DNA of 64,000 nucleotides from Trypanosoma brucei (Eukaryota), in the NCBI GenBank assembly GCA_000002445.1, contig CP000068.1, positions 864,001 to 928,000 of the forward strand, given 5' to 3'. Below are positions 1 to 10,748 of the stretch, piece by piece. Within the stretch, counting starts at the first letter, position 1. Each line of letters opens with the position of its first letter. The translations under genes were made by a program, and so were the position numbers. The notes beneath the pieces are model-generated. The model worked only from the letters and a program-made list of their open reading frames with translations, ran no database searches and was not told the DNA's origin.

Positions 1-2
1 AA

Positions 3-629
3 GAGCGCCGTTGCTTGGAGATAGATCACCAGGAGTGTCGCTCGAAGATAAGTGCCACACGCAAAAATAGTCTTTCACTGCGCGGTGATGAGACGAAGTT
101 ATCGCAAATAGCCTCGCATACAGAGGCACAGTTAGATAAGGAGGAGAAGTCGCTGAACGAGCGCCTGGCGTGGGTGAATGAGCGAATGCTCAGTGAAACC
201 CGCGAATTAGAACTTATCACGGAGCAGATTAACAAATGTGAGAAGAATCAAAAACTCTTGGGTCAGCGGGAGGAGGAGCAACACAAAGCGGAGCGAGATC
301 TTGATATGGCCCAGCGGGAGTTGAAGTCGCTGGAAAAAGAGATTGACGAGCGAAAGTCATCACTTGAAAAAAAACATGAAAACATTGTCATGTGGAACCG
401 GTCACTGGACAACCGAGAAAAAGAACTTGCGCGATATCAGGAGGAGTTTAGGGAAGATTTAAGACGGGTAGAAGAGGAAGAGAGGCGCTATGGGATTTAC
501 AATAGTTTCAGCAAGGTGGCACCGACCGTTTCTTTACGTGAAGTGATGGATGACTACAACATGTCTATTGAAAAGGAAAGCCTCTGTGAAGAAATCGAAA
601 GGGATGAAGAGGACGACACGTTGCCGTAA
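3..629 (+). CDS. C-terminal fragment of a coiled-coil protein; the ORF is open back to the window edge, so the 5' end is missing
   Basis: Frame 3 has no stop from nt 3. The tool start at 15 is a TTG, not an ATG. Translation is heptad-rich and charged (E/K/R/L: EKEIDERKSSLEKKHE...), typical of coiled coil. It lies on the same strand as the downstream genes. No recognisable catalytic motif. Confidence 0.5.
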   Translation, partial: ERRCLEIDHQECRSKISATRKNSLSLRGDETKLSQIASHTEAQLDKEEKSLNERLAWVNERMLSETRELELITEQINKCEKNQKLLGQREEEQHKAERDLDMAQRELKSLEKEIDERKSSLEKKHENIVMWNRSLDNREKELARYQEEFREDLRRVEEEERRYGIYNSFSKVAPTVSLREVMDDYNMSIEKESLCEEIERDEEDDTLP

Positions 630-930
630 ATAACGGAATTGAGTCAACTGTGGGGAATGGAGGGAGAGGGGCGGTAGAGCATTGCATAAGAAGTGTTGAT
701 ATTAATTTACATGATCACGTTTCACGCACACATGCACACACCTACCCACTAGGGTCCTCTTTTTGTCTCCTTCTTGATTTTTGCCGTTGCAGCACCGTTT
801 TTTTTTTTGTGCGCGCGTGTGCATGTGTGATACTTGGCGTGTGTTTTCCCATCGTACCCCATGTTGATTACCCATTTCGTTAAAATCATGACCACGATGG
901 TGAGATTGTAAACGTTTTTACTTTATGGCT

Positions 931-932
<2 letters not shown>

Positions 933-961
<29 letters not shown>
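933..961. repeat. (TA)14 microsatellite in an intergenic spacer
   Basis: Direct read: tatatatatatatatatatatatatata. Confidence 0.9.
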
Positions 962-966
<5 letters not shown>

Positions 967-1440
967 TATAAAAGGGAAGGATAATGATTAAGTTGCTTTT
1001 TTTTTCTGAATAGCATTTTACTCAGCGAGCCCATGATGAAATTTTTTCAAAAAAAAATCTCCCGTTTATCAGAACAGTTGCTATGCAGGTTTCTTCGGCA
1101 CACCGCCATACGAATTACTGACGTTCCATAGAGCATCACGGGGTCGCATGGGAGAGGGGTAAAGGAGCGCTGTCACTCGTGACGGAGGCATACATTTCCT
1201 TTCTTCTATCAGTTTTTAAAAGTGTCAACGTCTTTTAAAGCACGAAATTGGGAGGAAATGTGTTATTCTCTTTTACTGCAGTGAACATATTTGCTCACGT
1301 CTCTCTTAGCTGTGTCTTCCATTTTTTTTTTCGGGGATGGATGGGATGATGTTGTGCGTGACAAACTCCCCTATCTCTTTTTGTTTCCCCCATTTTCATC
1401 ATTGTTTTCTTTCCCTTTTCCTTTACTTAACTCACACTAT

Positions 1441-1522
1441 ATTTCGACCCAAATATTTTGCTGTTGTTGTTGTTTTTTCTTTTTCCTTTTCCTCTTCTAA
1501 TACCACCTTTAAAATATCAGGG
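1441..1522 (+). promoter_or_regulatory. Polypyrimidine tract plus AG (probable trans-splice acceptor region) upstream of the TBC gene ATG
   Basis: The stretch is more than 75% C/T (ttttgctgttgttgttgttttttctttttccttttcctcttc), followed by tcAGggATGG with the ATG at 1523. This matches kinetoplastid splice-acceptor architecture. Confidence 0.45.
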
Positions 1523-2962
1523 ATGGATGAACTATCGGATATTTATGACTCCATCGTAGCAAGGCGCATTGCAGATGCTCTACTACAGCGTACTATGAAC
1601 TTCTGTATACGTAAACGTCGTTCTTTTGAATCTCTTCACAGTCTCCGTTGGCGTTTGCTCACGGGCCTTCTTCCCACAGATGTACAACTCAACAACTTCT
1701 CGGAGAAATGGTCCTCATGTACTCAAAAGTGCATGACAAGGTGGCGTACAATGAATGAAGATTTAAACAATCGCGCACCAGATGACTCAAAGAAAGGGGA
1801 GGTTGTGAAGAGAAAAGCGCGTTTTGAGGAATTTGATTCTTCCAGCGAGGAAGTAGATGATGTGACGATTGAAAATCCTTTACTGCCAAAAAATGGAAGC
1901 TTTTACGCGCTCAGGTACCGTTTGAACAAACTGTGTTCCATTATCGCTCTGGATGTTGACCGGATTCACTGGGATATTCCCCTTTTCGAACTTCGCACCA
2001 CAAGGGATGCCCTGCTTAAAATCCTTAGTGTTTACTGTGTACAACACAGCTGTGAGTACAAACAGGGCATGCATGAGGTTGCGGCTTTTGTGTTTTATTT
2101 GACACATAACGATGCAACCATTCTCGAACACCTCCGCAATGAGCGAGGTTGGGGACACGCCTCCCTACCCAATATCTTTGCTCCAATATGTCCAGTGGAA
2201 GGAGTGGTAGCGGTAGCGTATTACATTTTTGACGCCATAATGACTGAAAGTGGTGTGAATTTATCCTTCTTGTACTTCAGCGCTTCCGATGGTCAAACAG
2301 ATGGCATTACTGCTGCCACTCACAACGTACAGGGCCGACTGTTGCTGAAACTAGACGCACAACTCCACAAACAAATCAATACTGTATATAAAATCACTCC
2401 AACATTGTACCTTATGCGATGGTTACGACTCCTCTTCCTTCGGGAATTCACGCTTGAACAATGTGCAGACCTGTGGGATGTCTTCCTTTCGGAGCGTTTT
2501 GTTACCCCTGCGGAAGACTACCACCTCGAAAACAGCGTCGTTACATTATTTGCAGCTGTCATGTTGTTGAATATCAAAGCCAATATCATGAAAGGCTACA
2601 ATGAGGCAATTGAAAAAGTGATGAGGTATCCGTCGGTCGGGCAAATTAGTTTTTTGATTCAAGAAGCAGTGCTTCAGTTAGAGAGAGTAAAACATTGCTT
2701 AGGGCGCTACTTTGTGGTCGAAGACGCCGTTCACGTTGAGGAGGAGCAGTTGTTTGGAGTTGATTCAGACAGACGCGTGTCAAGTGTGATCACTGAATCA
2801 TCGGTGAGGGGGATGCAACAAAACATCGGCGCATTGGAGTTTGTTGTCACCATGGACGAACAGTGTGGTACATCCACCAAAAGCTCACTTGGTAAAGCCG
2901 TAAACACGGTTAACTCGAATGGGTATTATGATGTTATCGCAGATGGGGCATATCCGAAATAA
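1523..2962 (+). CDS. TBC-domain Rab GTPase-activating protein
   Basis: Arg-finger motif IALDVDRI (IxxDxxR) and Gln-finger motif YKQGMHEV (YxQ), with spacing typical of TBC/RabGAP. The first ATG after the polypyrimidine tract is at 1523 (MDELSD...). The tool ORF starting at 1337 reads through the polypyrimidine tract (FSFSFSSS) and is an artefactual extension. Confidence 0.8.
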   Translation: MDELSDIYDSIVARRIADALLQRTMNFCIRKRRSFESLHSLRWRLLTGLLPTDVQLNNFSEKWSSCTQKCMTRWRTMNEDLNNRAPDDSKKGEVVKRKARFEEFDSSSEEVDDVTIENPLLPKNGSFYALRYRLNKLCSIIALDVDRIHWDIPLFELRTTRDALLKILSVYCVQHSCEYKQGMHEVAAFVFYLTHNDATILEHLRNERGWGHASLPNIFAPICPVEGVVAVAYYIFDAIMTESGVNLSFLYFSASDGQTDGITAATHNVQGRLLLKLDAQLHKQINTVYKITPTLYLMRWLRLLFLREFTLEQCADLWDVFLSERFVTPAEDYHLENSVVTLFAAVMLLNIKANIMKGYNEAIEKVMRYPSVGQISFLIQEAVLQLERVKHCLGRYFVVEDAVHVEEEQLFGVDSDRRVSSVITESSVRGMQQNIGALEFVVTMDEQCGTSTKSSLGKAVNTVNSNGYYDVIADGAYPK

Positions 2963-3967
2963 ACGTTCTCCGTGATGCGGAAAAGAGGGAATATGGGTTA
3001 TTTGCTCCATCAAGTAGATTAGAATATGGATGCGATGAAATTTTGGGGCGGGGGAAAGCAAAAAAAAAAGGAAGTAGATACAGGAGGAAAGTTGTGAATG
3101 TAATGCTCTGCATCGACGTGGAAACAACAATTATGGGGAAGATTGTGCACCTGCGCTGTCCGTTTGACAAGATGGGTCCAAAACAGTAAGTGACATTCGG
3201 AACGTAAGCAACGTTGAGCCACCTGCGGTTTTTTTTTTTTGTGAGGAGCATTTCCTATAACGTCAAGTATCGCGGTACAAATGTGTATGGGAGAGAAATA
3301 CGTCACCGCGAAGTACTACATATGGAAATCGTTAGTTAGTGACATCCGTCGTAGGGAAGTTTTCCGACGGTATGCGAAAATGGCCTGGAAACTCTGGGAT
3401 TTGCTTGCCTGTTTTTTGTTTTCTTTCTTTACAGTTTTTTTTTTCTCAAGTGTGCGAACGACAGTCAGACGAAAAGGTTTTGGGACTATTGCGCCACTTG
3501 CAGCGGTGCTATCTTTTTTTTCTTTTTTTAGATGGTGACGCTGGGGGTTGAATCCACTTCACATTTGTCGAAGTGTCAAATGTGCAGTCCATTCCAAGTT
3601 TTTATTTTTGTTTTCTTGTCACTACTTCTTTCCCTTCAAGCACTGTGCTCGTCAGTTAAGTGCTGTAGTGCTGTAGGGGTGACCGTAAACTGCAGTGGAG
3701 GTGCGACGCTCATCCCATTAAATTTTGCACCGCTGCGCGGGTAAATAGGATGGAATGTGGGAAAAGGTGATTTGCGGTGGGGAAAATGAGCGGGCTCGTA
3801 AACTCCTGCTTGCTCGCTGAATTATTACTTTCGTTATTACCATGTCTTCTTATGTTTTCGTTTTTGCTCATCCCCATTTCCTCTGTATTTTTACACGTAT
3901 ATTATATGAAACAACAACAAAATAAGAAGAAGGGGAGACATATCCTTTTAGTTTGCTAGCCACACAT

Positions 3968-5248
3968 ATGACTTCCTTAAAGGAGAAGGTACTGTTCTTG
4001 CTTTTGCACACCCTCATTCACATATTGGTTATACATTTTTGGAACGTGGTTCGCACGCTTGTGGACGGGATCTTTGGGAAAAGGCGACGTCGGTCCCGCG
4101 GAGTTATTGAAGTTGTGGCTCATGGAAACACGTCCAAAGTTTTTTTCTCTCTTGATAAAGTGGAGAAACTGTTTTACCTCTCGCCACCGTATGACGGCCG
4201 AATCAATACGGTTTTGTGCGCCCTTCGGCCAAACTGGCCGATAAGTTACACGCGCGAAGTTGTGAATGGTGTGGATGACAATCCCATTTGCTTAGATTGG
4301 CTCATTGCGGACACATCGGAACGAGACGCGCGAGGGATTTTGATTATTGTCCCAGGCCTCGCATCCTGGTCACAAACGAATTATATTCAACGTTGTGTCC
4401 TACTCGCACACCGTTACGGCATTCACTGCTGCGTCTTTAATTGCAAGGGCCTTGGGGACACGCCGTTGACAACCCCCCGCATGATATCCGCTTCATGGAC
4501 AGGGGATTTGCACAAAACATTTTCCACCGCCCTCTCGAGGGAAGCGCTGTCCCGAAAGTTCGGCACTGCGGCCAATAATATATGGGGAGCCGGGTTCAGC
4601 CTCGGTGGGGTAATCATGTCAAAGTTTCTAAAGGAATGTGCGCTCCAGGGGGTGAAATCACAGCCGTTGGATGCCGCCCTCATCATCAACAGCCCCTTGG
4701 ATATGGAAGAAACAAGCAGGACCTTGAATGAACCCCAAAACGCCATGTATCAGCGGAAGATGATTAGCAACGTTATTCAGTTCGTCACCAAACACATAGA
4801 TGTTCTTAAAAACGTTAAGGAGATAAACCTTAAGGAACATGACAATGACATTCTAAAGTTCATGAAAAGCTTACGATCACTCCAAGAATTTGATGTACAC
4901 ATTAACACGCCGCACAATGGTTTTGCCACTGTCAAGGACTTCTACGATGCTGTGAATGTCTTTACCTCGCTGCGACACTGTAACATTCCAGTGCTTTGTC
5001 TGGTGGCTGAAGATGACCCAGTCATCGGCTCACTGCCAAGCAATGCATTCGACGATGTGGCATCTTGCAATAAACTGGTAGCATTTGTAAAGTTCCCGTA
5101 CGGTGGACACCTTGGTTTCTGTAGAAGTCCTATGGAAGAATGGAACGGAGAACCTTCGGTGATGGAAATGTTCATCTGCGATTTAATCAGTTCGCATAAA
5201 CATATGGAGGAAATGAAGGAACCAACTGAAGGTATTTGTTTGTATTGA
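3968..5248 (+). CDS. Alpha/beta-hydrolase, ABHD1/3 (YheT-like) family
   Basis: Nucleophile elbow GFSLGG (GxSxG) and the downstream ...LVAEDDPV... aspartate motif typical of the abhydrolase YheT/ABHD3 family. The N-terminal hydrophobic segment LFLLLHTLIHILVIHFW suggests a membrane anchor. The tool start at 3953 is a TTG; the first ATG is at 3968. Confidence 0.8.
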   Translation: MTSLKEKVLFLLLHTLIHILVIHFWNVVRTLVDGIFGKRRRRSRGVIEVVAHGNTSKVFFSLDKVEKLFYLSPPYDGRINTVLCALRPNWPISYTREVVNGVDDNPICLDWLIADTSERDARGILIIVPGLASWSQTNYIQRCVLLAHRYGIHCCVFNCKGLGDTPLTTPRMISASWTGDLHKTFSTALSREALSRKFGTAANNIWGAGFSLGGVIMSKFLKECALQGVKSQPLDAALIINSPLDMEETSRTLNEPQNAMYQRKMISNVIQFVTKHIDVLKNVKEINLKEHDNDILKFMKSLRSLQEFDVHINTPHNGFATVKDFYDAVNVFTSLRHCNIPVLCLVAEDDPVIGSLPSNAFDDVASCNKLVAFVKFPYGGHLGFCRSPMEEWNGEPSVMEMFICDLISSHKHMEEMKEPTEGICLY

Positions 5249-5776
5249 GTAGAAGCATCGTGAATTGTCTCTTGCCTGCATTTCCTTGTGTATTCTGTCC
5301 GCATCTTTTGCATTGATTTCTGTTGTTTTTTTTTTTTACTCTTCGTTTGCGCCCACGGCAGCGGTGTGGGCGAAGGGGAACCAAAAGGGAAATTACACGC
5401 TTCCTCTTTCCTGCCAAGGTTTTTTTATGTTTGGCGGTTTCTTACGGTTTGAATACCATTATCCCCCCTTAATGTCTTTCATTTGCTTCTACCGGCGTCA
5501 ACTTAACTTTTCCTCGCATTCGCCTCCGGGTTTTGTGTACTTTGCGCAAATGTCAATGATGGTGACATCTGACAAGCGTAACGTCCGTCGATGTTGTGAA
5601 AACAAAACAGGGATCGGGTTGATGTGATTTAACAAAAGGATGAACATTTTGCCGCGTTTATGTTGTTCATATGCTATTCCGCTTAACTTGTCTACATATA
5701 CGCACCAGCACCTGTCACGCGATGCGGCATGTGGAATATGAGAGGGCTGCTGATCCACGAAAGGTGGAAGTTCCGT

Positions 5777-5796
5777 TATATATATATATATATATA
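5777..5796. repeat. (TA)10 microsatellite
   Basis: Direct read in the intergenic spacer. Confidence 0.9.
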
Positions 5797-6420
5797 TTTA
5801 TTCTTGGCTCTGTAAAACCACATGAATCATAAGCTCCCGGTGTTGTGGTGGCTGGTTTCTGCAGCGTCTCTGCTCGCGCAGAAGCACTGTGACGTGATAT
5901 AGAGTTATTTGAATGCGTATTATGAGGAAAAAGATGGCGAACTCGCTACCGAATGCGCAACTCGGTTGAAACAGAAAACTGTGGTTTGAGATTCCGAATG
6001 TTGTTTTCCCGAGTTTTTTTTTCGGTCTGACGAATTGGAGAGTTTTGGGCCCCCGTTGATATTTCCATCGACTTCAGGAAACAAATGTGCCATGCAATAT
6101 GTAGGGGGACAAAAGAGGGAAAGGTGAAAGAATGAATGAATGAGAACGTGTCCAAAAGAGCGGGAATATTTGGAGTAGAAATCTCTTCCACTCTTCGCCT
6201 TTTCTCTATTATTAATCTTTCCAATTTTTAATATTTTCCCCATCATCTTGGGTGGGTGCACTTCACCGTTGTACTTGCGGGGATAAAATATTGGCACCAG
6301 TAATCACCATAGGAGTAGCGTGTGCGCACTGGTGGGGCATTTCGTTTGGCTTTTACGCACGTGGCCGATTGTGGTCCCAACGGTAACGAAATGGACCACC
6401 AGTTTGAAAGTTGGCACCTA

Positions 6421-6610
6421 AAAGCTCCATTTCTTTTTTTGTTTTGTTCTTTATCTGGTTCATTTCAACTCTTCTCACAACACTGTATTTACTTCCCCCC
6501 TCCTCTCGATTTACCTCATTGATTTATTTTTGTTGCATGCATCCGTGGCCTGGGGTCTTCTTTTCTCTTCTCTTCCCTTTTTTTTTAGTGTAGATATTCT
6601 TATAAAGGAA
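6421..6610 (+). promoter_or_regulatory. Long polypyrimidine tract with several AG dinucleotides, upstream of the glycosyltransferase ATG
   Basis: ctccatttctttttttgttttgttctttatc...cttttctcttctcttcccttttttttt AGtgtAG...aaAGgaaATG. Confidence 0.45.
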
Positions 6611-7765
6611 ATGTTTGCTAGGGTTAAAAGGGTAAGGCAAAAGCGTTCTATGTTCCTTACTGTAATAGCCTTGATTATTGGTATCGTAGTGCTGCGGAAA
6701 CTTATCCACTACAGCGTACAAAAACACCAAGAAATGAGTGATGAATATGCGGATAGAAGGGCCCGGTACGATCCGAGCCCGCATGTTGACACACCCTTTC
6801 AGTACATTTCGCCTGAAGTGTTGGAAACATGGAAGTCGCGGGACTATCTTGTGGCATTGGGGGTTTTGTCTCCGGATATTAGCGTGAGGCGGAGACGCCG
6901 CTTCCTTCAACGCATGACATGTTGGACGTTCCCCGATGTGGCTACAAAGAGGAATAACTTCACTGGGGCCATGATACCATTATATGTTCTCGCGCGGCAT
7001 CCGGTTCATAATTTCAAGTACTCAGATATATTAAAGGAGGAGGCTCGTCATTGGGAGGACATTATCACACTTCCCATTGATGAGGGTCGCGTTTCAACAA
7101 ATAAGAAAATGGGAGATGGCACCTTTTGGGGACCCGAGACGGAGGTTGGTATGAGCCGAAAAACATTCATGTGGTTGGATTTGGCACTGAACCTTTTCGG
7201 TACTGCAACTTTCATTAGTAAAGCTGATGACGACATGTACCTTCGCGTACCACAGCAACTTGCCAATATACGCGTCTTGCCCACCCATAAATTGTACTAT
7301 GGCTACAGTATGCCGAACCGCTATCCATACCAGTTCCGCTATGCTGATGGATCGGTCTTCACCATTTCCAGAGACATCGCTGAAAAAGTTGTGGGTTACA
7401 GACCCCTGCGCCGTCTCGCTAATCAATCATATGATCGCGCGTACCTTAAACATTATCTTTTGCTTTTCATGGACCATGAGGATATGATGGTGGGGCACAC
7501 AATATTCCGCGTTGCAAAGGACGTTACTTACGCGACCGTTAGGCGATGTCATTTTCATAATATTTACGGAAGGTTTGATGTTTCCCCGCTGACGTTCAAC
7601 TCAATCATGCTGCACAATATAAAGGAAAGTGAATACGCCGACCTGATGAGGCATTTCAGTAATATTAAACCAACTCCCACAAGGTACGTCAAAACTAGTG
7701 AAGGAATTTTCTTCGAATGCGAATTCCACAGCGGCAGACCTCTGCATTTGGGTGGAAGGTGGTGA
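6611..7765 (+). CDS. Type II membrane glycosyltransferase of the GT31 / beta-1,3-GlcNAc(Gal)T-like family (kinetoplastid 'UDP-Gal or UDP-GlcNAc-dependent glycosyltransferase' family)
   Basis: Short cytosolic N-terminus (MFARVKRVRQKRS), then a signal-anchor (MFLTVIALIIGIVVL), then a luminal domain with the DxD motif ...FISKADDDMYLR... typical of GT31. The size (385 aa) fits the T. brucei TbGT family. A specific family member, possibly the chromosome 5 copy, cannot be assigned from sequence alone. Confidence 0.8.
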   Translation: MFARVKRVRQKRSMFLTVIALIIGIVVLRKLIHYSVQKHQEMSDEYADRRARYDPSPHVDTPFQYISPEVLETWKSRDYLVALGVLSPDISVRRRRRFLQRMTCWTFPDVATKRNNFTGAMIPLYVLARHPVHNFKYSDILKEEARHWEDIITLPIDEGRVSTNKKMGDGTFWGPETEVGMSRKTFMWLDLALNLFGTATFISKADDDMYLRVPQQLANIRVLPTHKLYYGYSMPNRYPYQFRYADGSVFTISRDIAEKVVGYRPLRRLANQSYDRAYLKHYLLLFMDHEDMMVGHTIFRVAKDVTYATVRRCHFHNIYGRFDVSPLTFNSIMLHNIKESEYADLMRHFSNIKPTPTRYVKTSEGIFFECEFHSGRPLHLGGRW

Positions 7766-10265
7766 CAAAATCTACCATAGTCAAAAACGTTCCTCCCCTT
7801 CATCTTTTCAATTTTGTACTTTCTGTCCTGGCGAACAGACGGAAGAACCTGTAAGTGCGTCTGATATAAATTTTTCTTCCCTTCAATTACATGCTGTCAT
7901 GCGCTACATTCGAATGCGGAAGTCAGTTCCTGCACTCCCCTACAAACCCCCTCTCTCCTCCCCCGCATACCTAATTTTTTTCTTTTCCTCCCTTAAAATA
8001 AGAAACGGGATGCTAAGAGATACCGTGGAAGGTCCCCACTTCGAGAGGTACGATGACATCATCTGCCGTAAAGGCTCCTGAGGTTCAGCTCCAGGAGTAC
8101 TCTTCATGAATGTGATTTATCGAGCCTTTTTGCCTCGCAGGCGACATCCAATATCCCTCCGTGGAGTTATCCTTGTGATTTGTATTCTCCGCATCCCCGA
8201 GCTGTGCTTGTCCCGGTCTATCTTTATTTCTCATAGTCCGAGCGGAGAGTCCCCAAGCCAACGCGGATGGTTCGTGGCCTCCCCATTTTATGCTGCCCTG
8301 CCTCTTTGTTTTGTGTTCGGGAACATGGCTGACGGCTGCTCTCGTATTTATAACGCACCCGGGTTGGTGCTGGGACCCCTTATATTTGAATTTGGAGGGG
8401 TCGGCGTGTGAGACGTTTTTTTTATTTATTTGCTCCGTGGGGGTTTGTATCTTCCTCGGTATCTTCTTCGTGAGCCTCCTCCTGATTGCGCGGGTTTTGT
8501 ACACTTTGGGGATGCTCCCCCGTTTTTTGATCGACGGTTAGGAAAACATTGGGTACCGTCGATGAGGACTCGGTGTTCTGCTGAATCGTCGTGTTTTTGT
8601 GTATATTCCTTGATACTGCTGGGTCGGGACGGTCCTCTAATTCGTTGTTGTTCATACGCCGTTAGTTGTCTGCGTGGGCGGTTTTTGAACTACGCTGTGA
8701 ATGCTTCGATATTGCGTTTCAGTTCATCTTCCGGTGTGAGTTTTCGGCGTAAGTTGAGGCGTCGACCCAGGTATTTTTTAGCGGGGATCGATGAACAAAG
8801 TTCCTCGTATGCGACTTGACCTTCCTGTACGAAACGTTCCCCGTTGTCTTTATTCCCGCTTACCATAAGCTCTTCTTCAACCGCGATCCAAGCCGAGTCG
8901 ATGTTTGTTTCGTCGTGTTTCCAGGACCCACCAATGGACCATAAAGTGACCAGGATAACTGTTATTTAGAATTATCCCTCCTCACCTGTGGGCACTCCCA
9001 TCAGTAGTTATCGTTCAATTCAACGGCTTAACTACTTTTAGTAAGGGAAGTGGATGTTGTGGTTCGCTGTGCAATATCGTCGTTCTGGGGCTGGAAAAAG
9101 CCCCCTTTCACACTGGAGCTAGGGGTTGTAGCATAATCAATCATCGGATTCTGAGTCCAATGTTCCTGATATCGTCCAAGGAGTTTGATGGTGGAAAAAC
9201 ACTTCATTTAACTAACTCCTAGTGCAGATCCCGCTGTGCGAAGACCATCTACCTGGGGTTTCCCAACGTTACCGGCCTGAAGCGCTTCCAGCGGCGCTAA
9301 ACCGTATTTTAATTTGGCGCCCGCAGGATCCCTGCATATTATGGCCTACAGCGGTGGCAACTCCTTACCGTCTGATGAATTCCCTCTCGGTTCCTCTGTC
9401 CCGACTGCCATTGAGCCCTCTCCTGTTCCCACTTCGCAGCGTAGCCGCCAATTCAATACGTCCAAGAACAGGGGTCCCATCACTGGCTGCGAGGGCCTAT
9501 AGCTTCCCGTGCTGTCAGCGCACTTTCCCTCAGGCTCGGTGTGCCAAGTGCTTTTCCTGTCACAACCATTGGTTTTAGAGGGTATATAGGCAATGACAAC
9601 CCCCAGCTATTGTCCCGCAGTTGACCTAACAGATGCTTCTTTGTGTTCCCTGTTTGTTTTAAACCTTCTATTCTATTCATGTCACCCTTTGCCAGCATCA
9701 ATGTTCATATGCCTCTGAACGATGACGTTATTCCGAGTCTTCCTATTCAAATTCTGTTTTGCGTTGCGCTTCTACGTTGCGCCCCCATATTTTCTGCAAA
9801 ATGCGCAGTTCACTTTTTTCTTCGCAAAGGGACCTTGAAAACGTTAATTTTTTTTTTAGCATGGAGGGGCCCCAAGCATTCCATCACGATTCACGCGGGA
9901 TCACGCAGCCATTCTGTTCCACACCCCCGATAACAATACCAGCAGCTGTTTGCAGAACTAAAGGAACAGCTTTCCATGTTCGGAAGAGTTGATATATACC
10001 TCCCCCCGTACTGGCGAGCACCGATGGCTGTGCCGCTACCTCTTTCTCCAGTAGCCGACTGCACACTTCAGCTCTTAAAGGCGCGTGGCCGCTGAGGTGC
10101 ATAGTTTTCTCTCCATAGAATTTTCCGAATCCTGGCACCAAAATGATGGAGCCACTGTCGCTTTGCCCAATCGACAGGAAATGAACGGTATCAAGGCGCT
10201 CTCCTCCGATAGGGTTTTACAACACCGCTGTAACACCAAGTTCACATAATAGACCCGATTTCGTC

Positions 10266-10337
10266 TCCGGTGTGGTATAGTGGCTAGAACAAGCGGCTCT
10301 CACCCGCTAGACCCGGGTTCGATCCCCGGCACCGGAA
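10266..10337 (+). tRNA. tRNA-Glu (anticodon CUC)
   Basis: Cloverleaf read by hand. The acceptor pairs TCCGGTG with CACCGGA. The anticodon stem pairs AGCGG with CCGCT, with loop C-T-CTC-A-C (U33, anticodon CTC, A37). The T-arm pairs CCGGG with CCCGG around loop TTCGATC (B box GGTTCGATCC). An A-box-like TGGTATAGTGG is present, and the discriminator base is A. Confidence 0.85.
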
Positions 10338-10748
10338 GCCTTTTTTGGAGACCAACGTGCAGCTCCGCAAAAGGCTTATGAAAAGACAAAAAGTGGAACC
10401 GGAAAGCCGAACAACGGAAGCTCTCGTTTAGTCAGAAAGGCAACACAGAGGAAGGGTCGTCCCCCACCACGCATAAAATGACGGTGCCCTTCACTTCTTC
10501 ACAGAGCGTGATACCCGTTTGAGGGCAATGAACGATATATGAAGGACAGTTCGAGTGGGCATGAGAGCGCCGTCGCAGTGGCGGCATCGTATTGTTCGGG
10601 TTTTGGTTGGTCAGGTCCGGTTCTCTACTCGCCATTTGGGGCTTCGACACGGTTAAGTAATTTGGCGTGCCTCGTCGAAGGGCGTTATATTAACACAAGG
10701 CCTCTTTTTGGCGACTGCGGTGGTTGTGCGATATGGCCAGTGCCTGGA

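Noticed and set aside
8085-8819. Mutually overlapping ORFs (8085..8504 -, 8106..8411 +, 8430..8819 +) just past the end of the + PTU
   Set aside because: No domain and no coding-like composition. Opposite-strand ORFs overlap, and the position is inside the transcription-termination zone. Treated as non-coding. A decayed pseudogene cannot be excluded.
9370-9470. Possible C/D snoRNA (CTGATGA at about 9377-9383) in the convergent strand-switch region
   Set aside because: No matching downstream D box (CUGA) with a terminal stem at the right spacing, and no guide complementarity could be evaluated. Too weak to call.
10100-10180. tRNA-like B-box fragment (ttccgaatcctggcacc) upstream of the tRNA-Glu gene
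   Set aside because: Neither strand folds into an acceptor stem, anticodon arm or T arm. Only a partial resemblance to GGTTCGAATCC.
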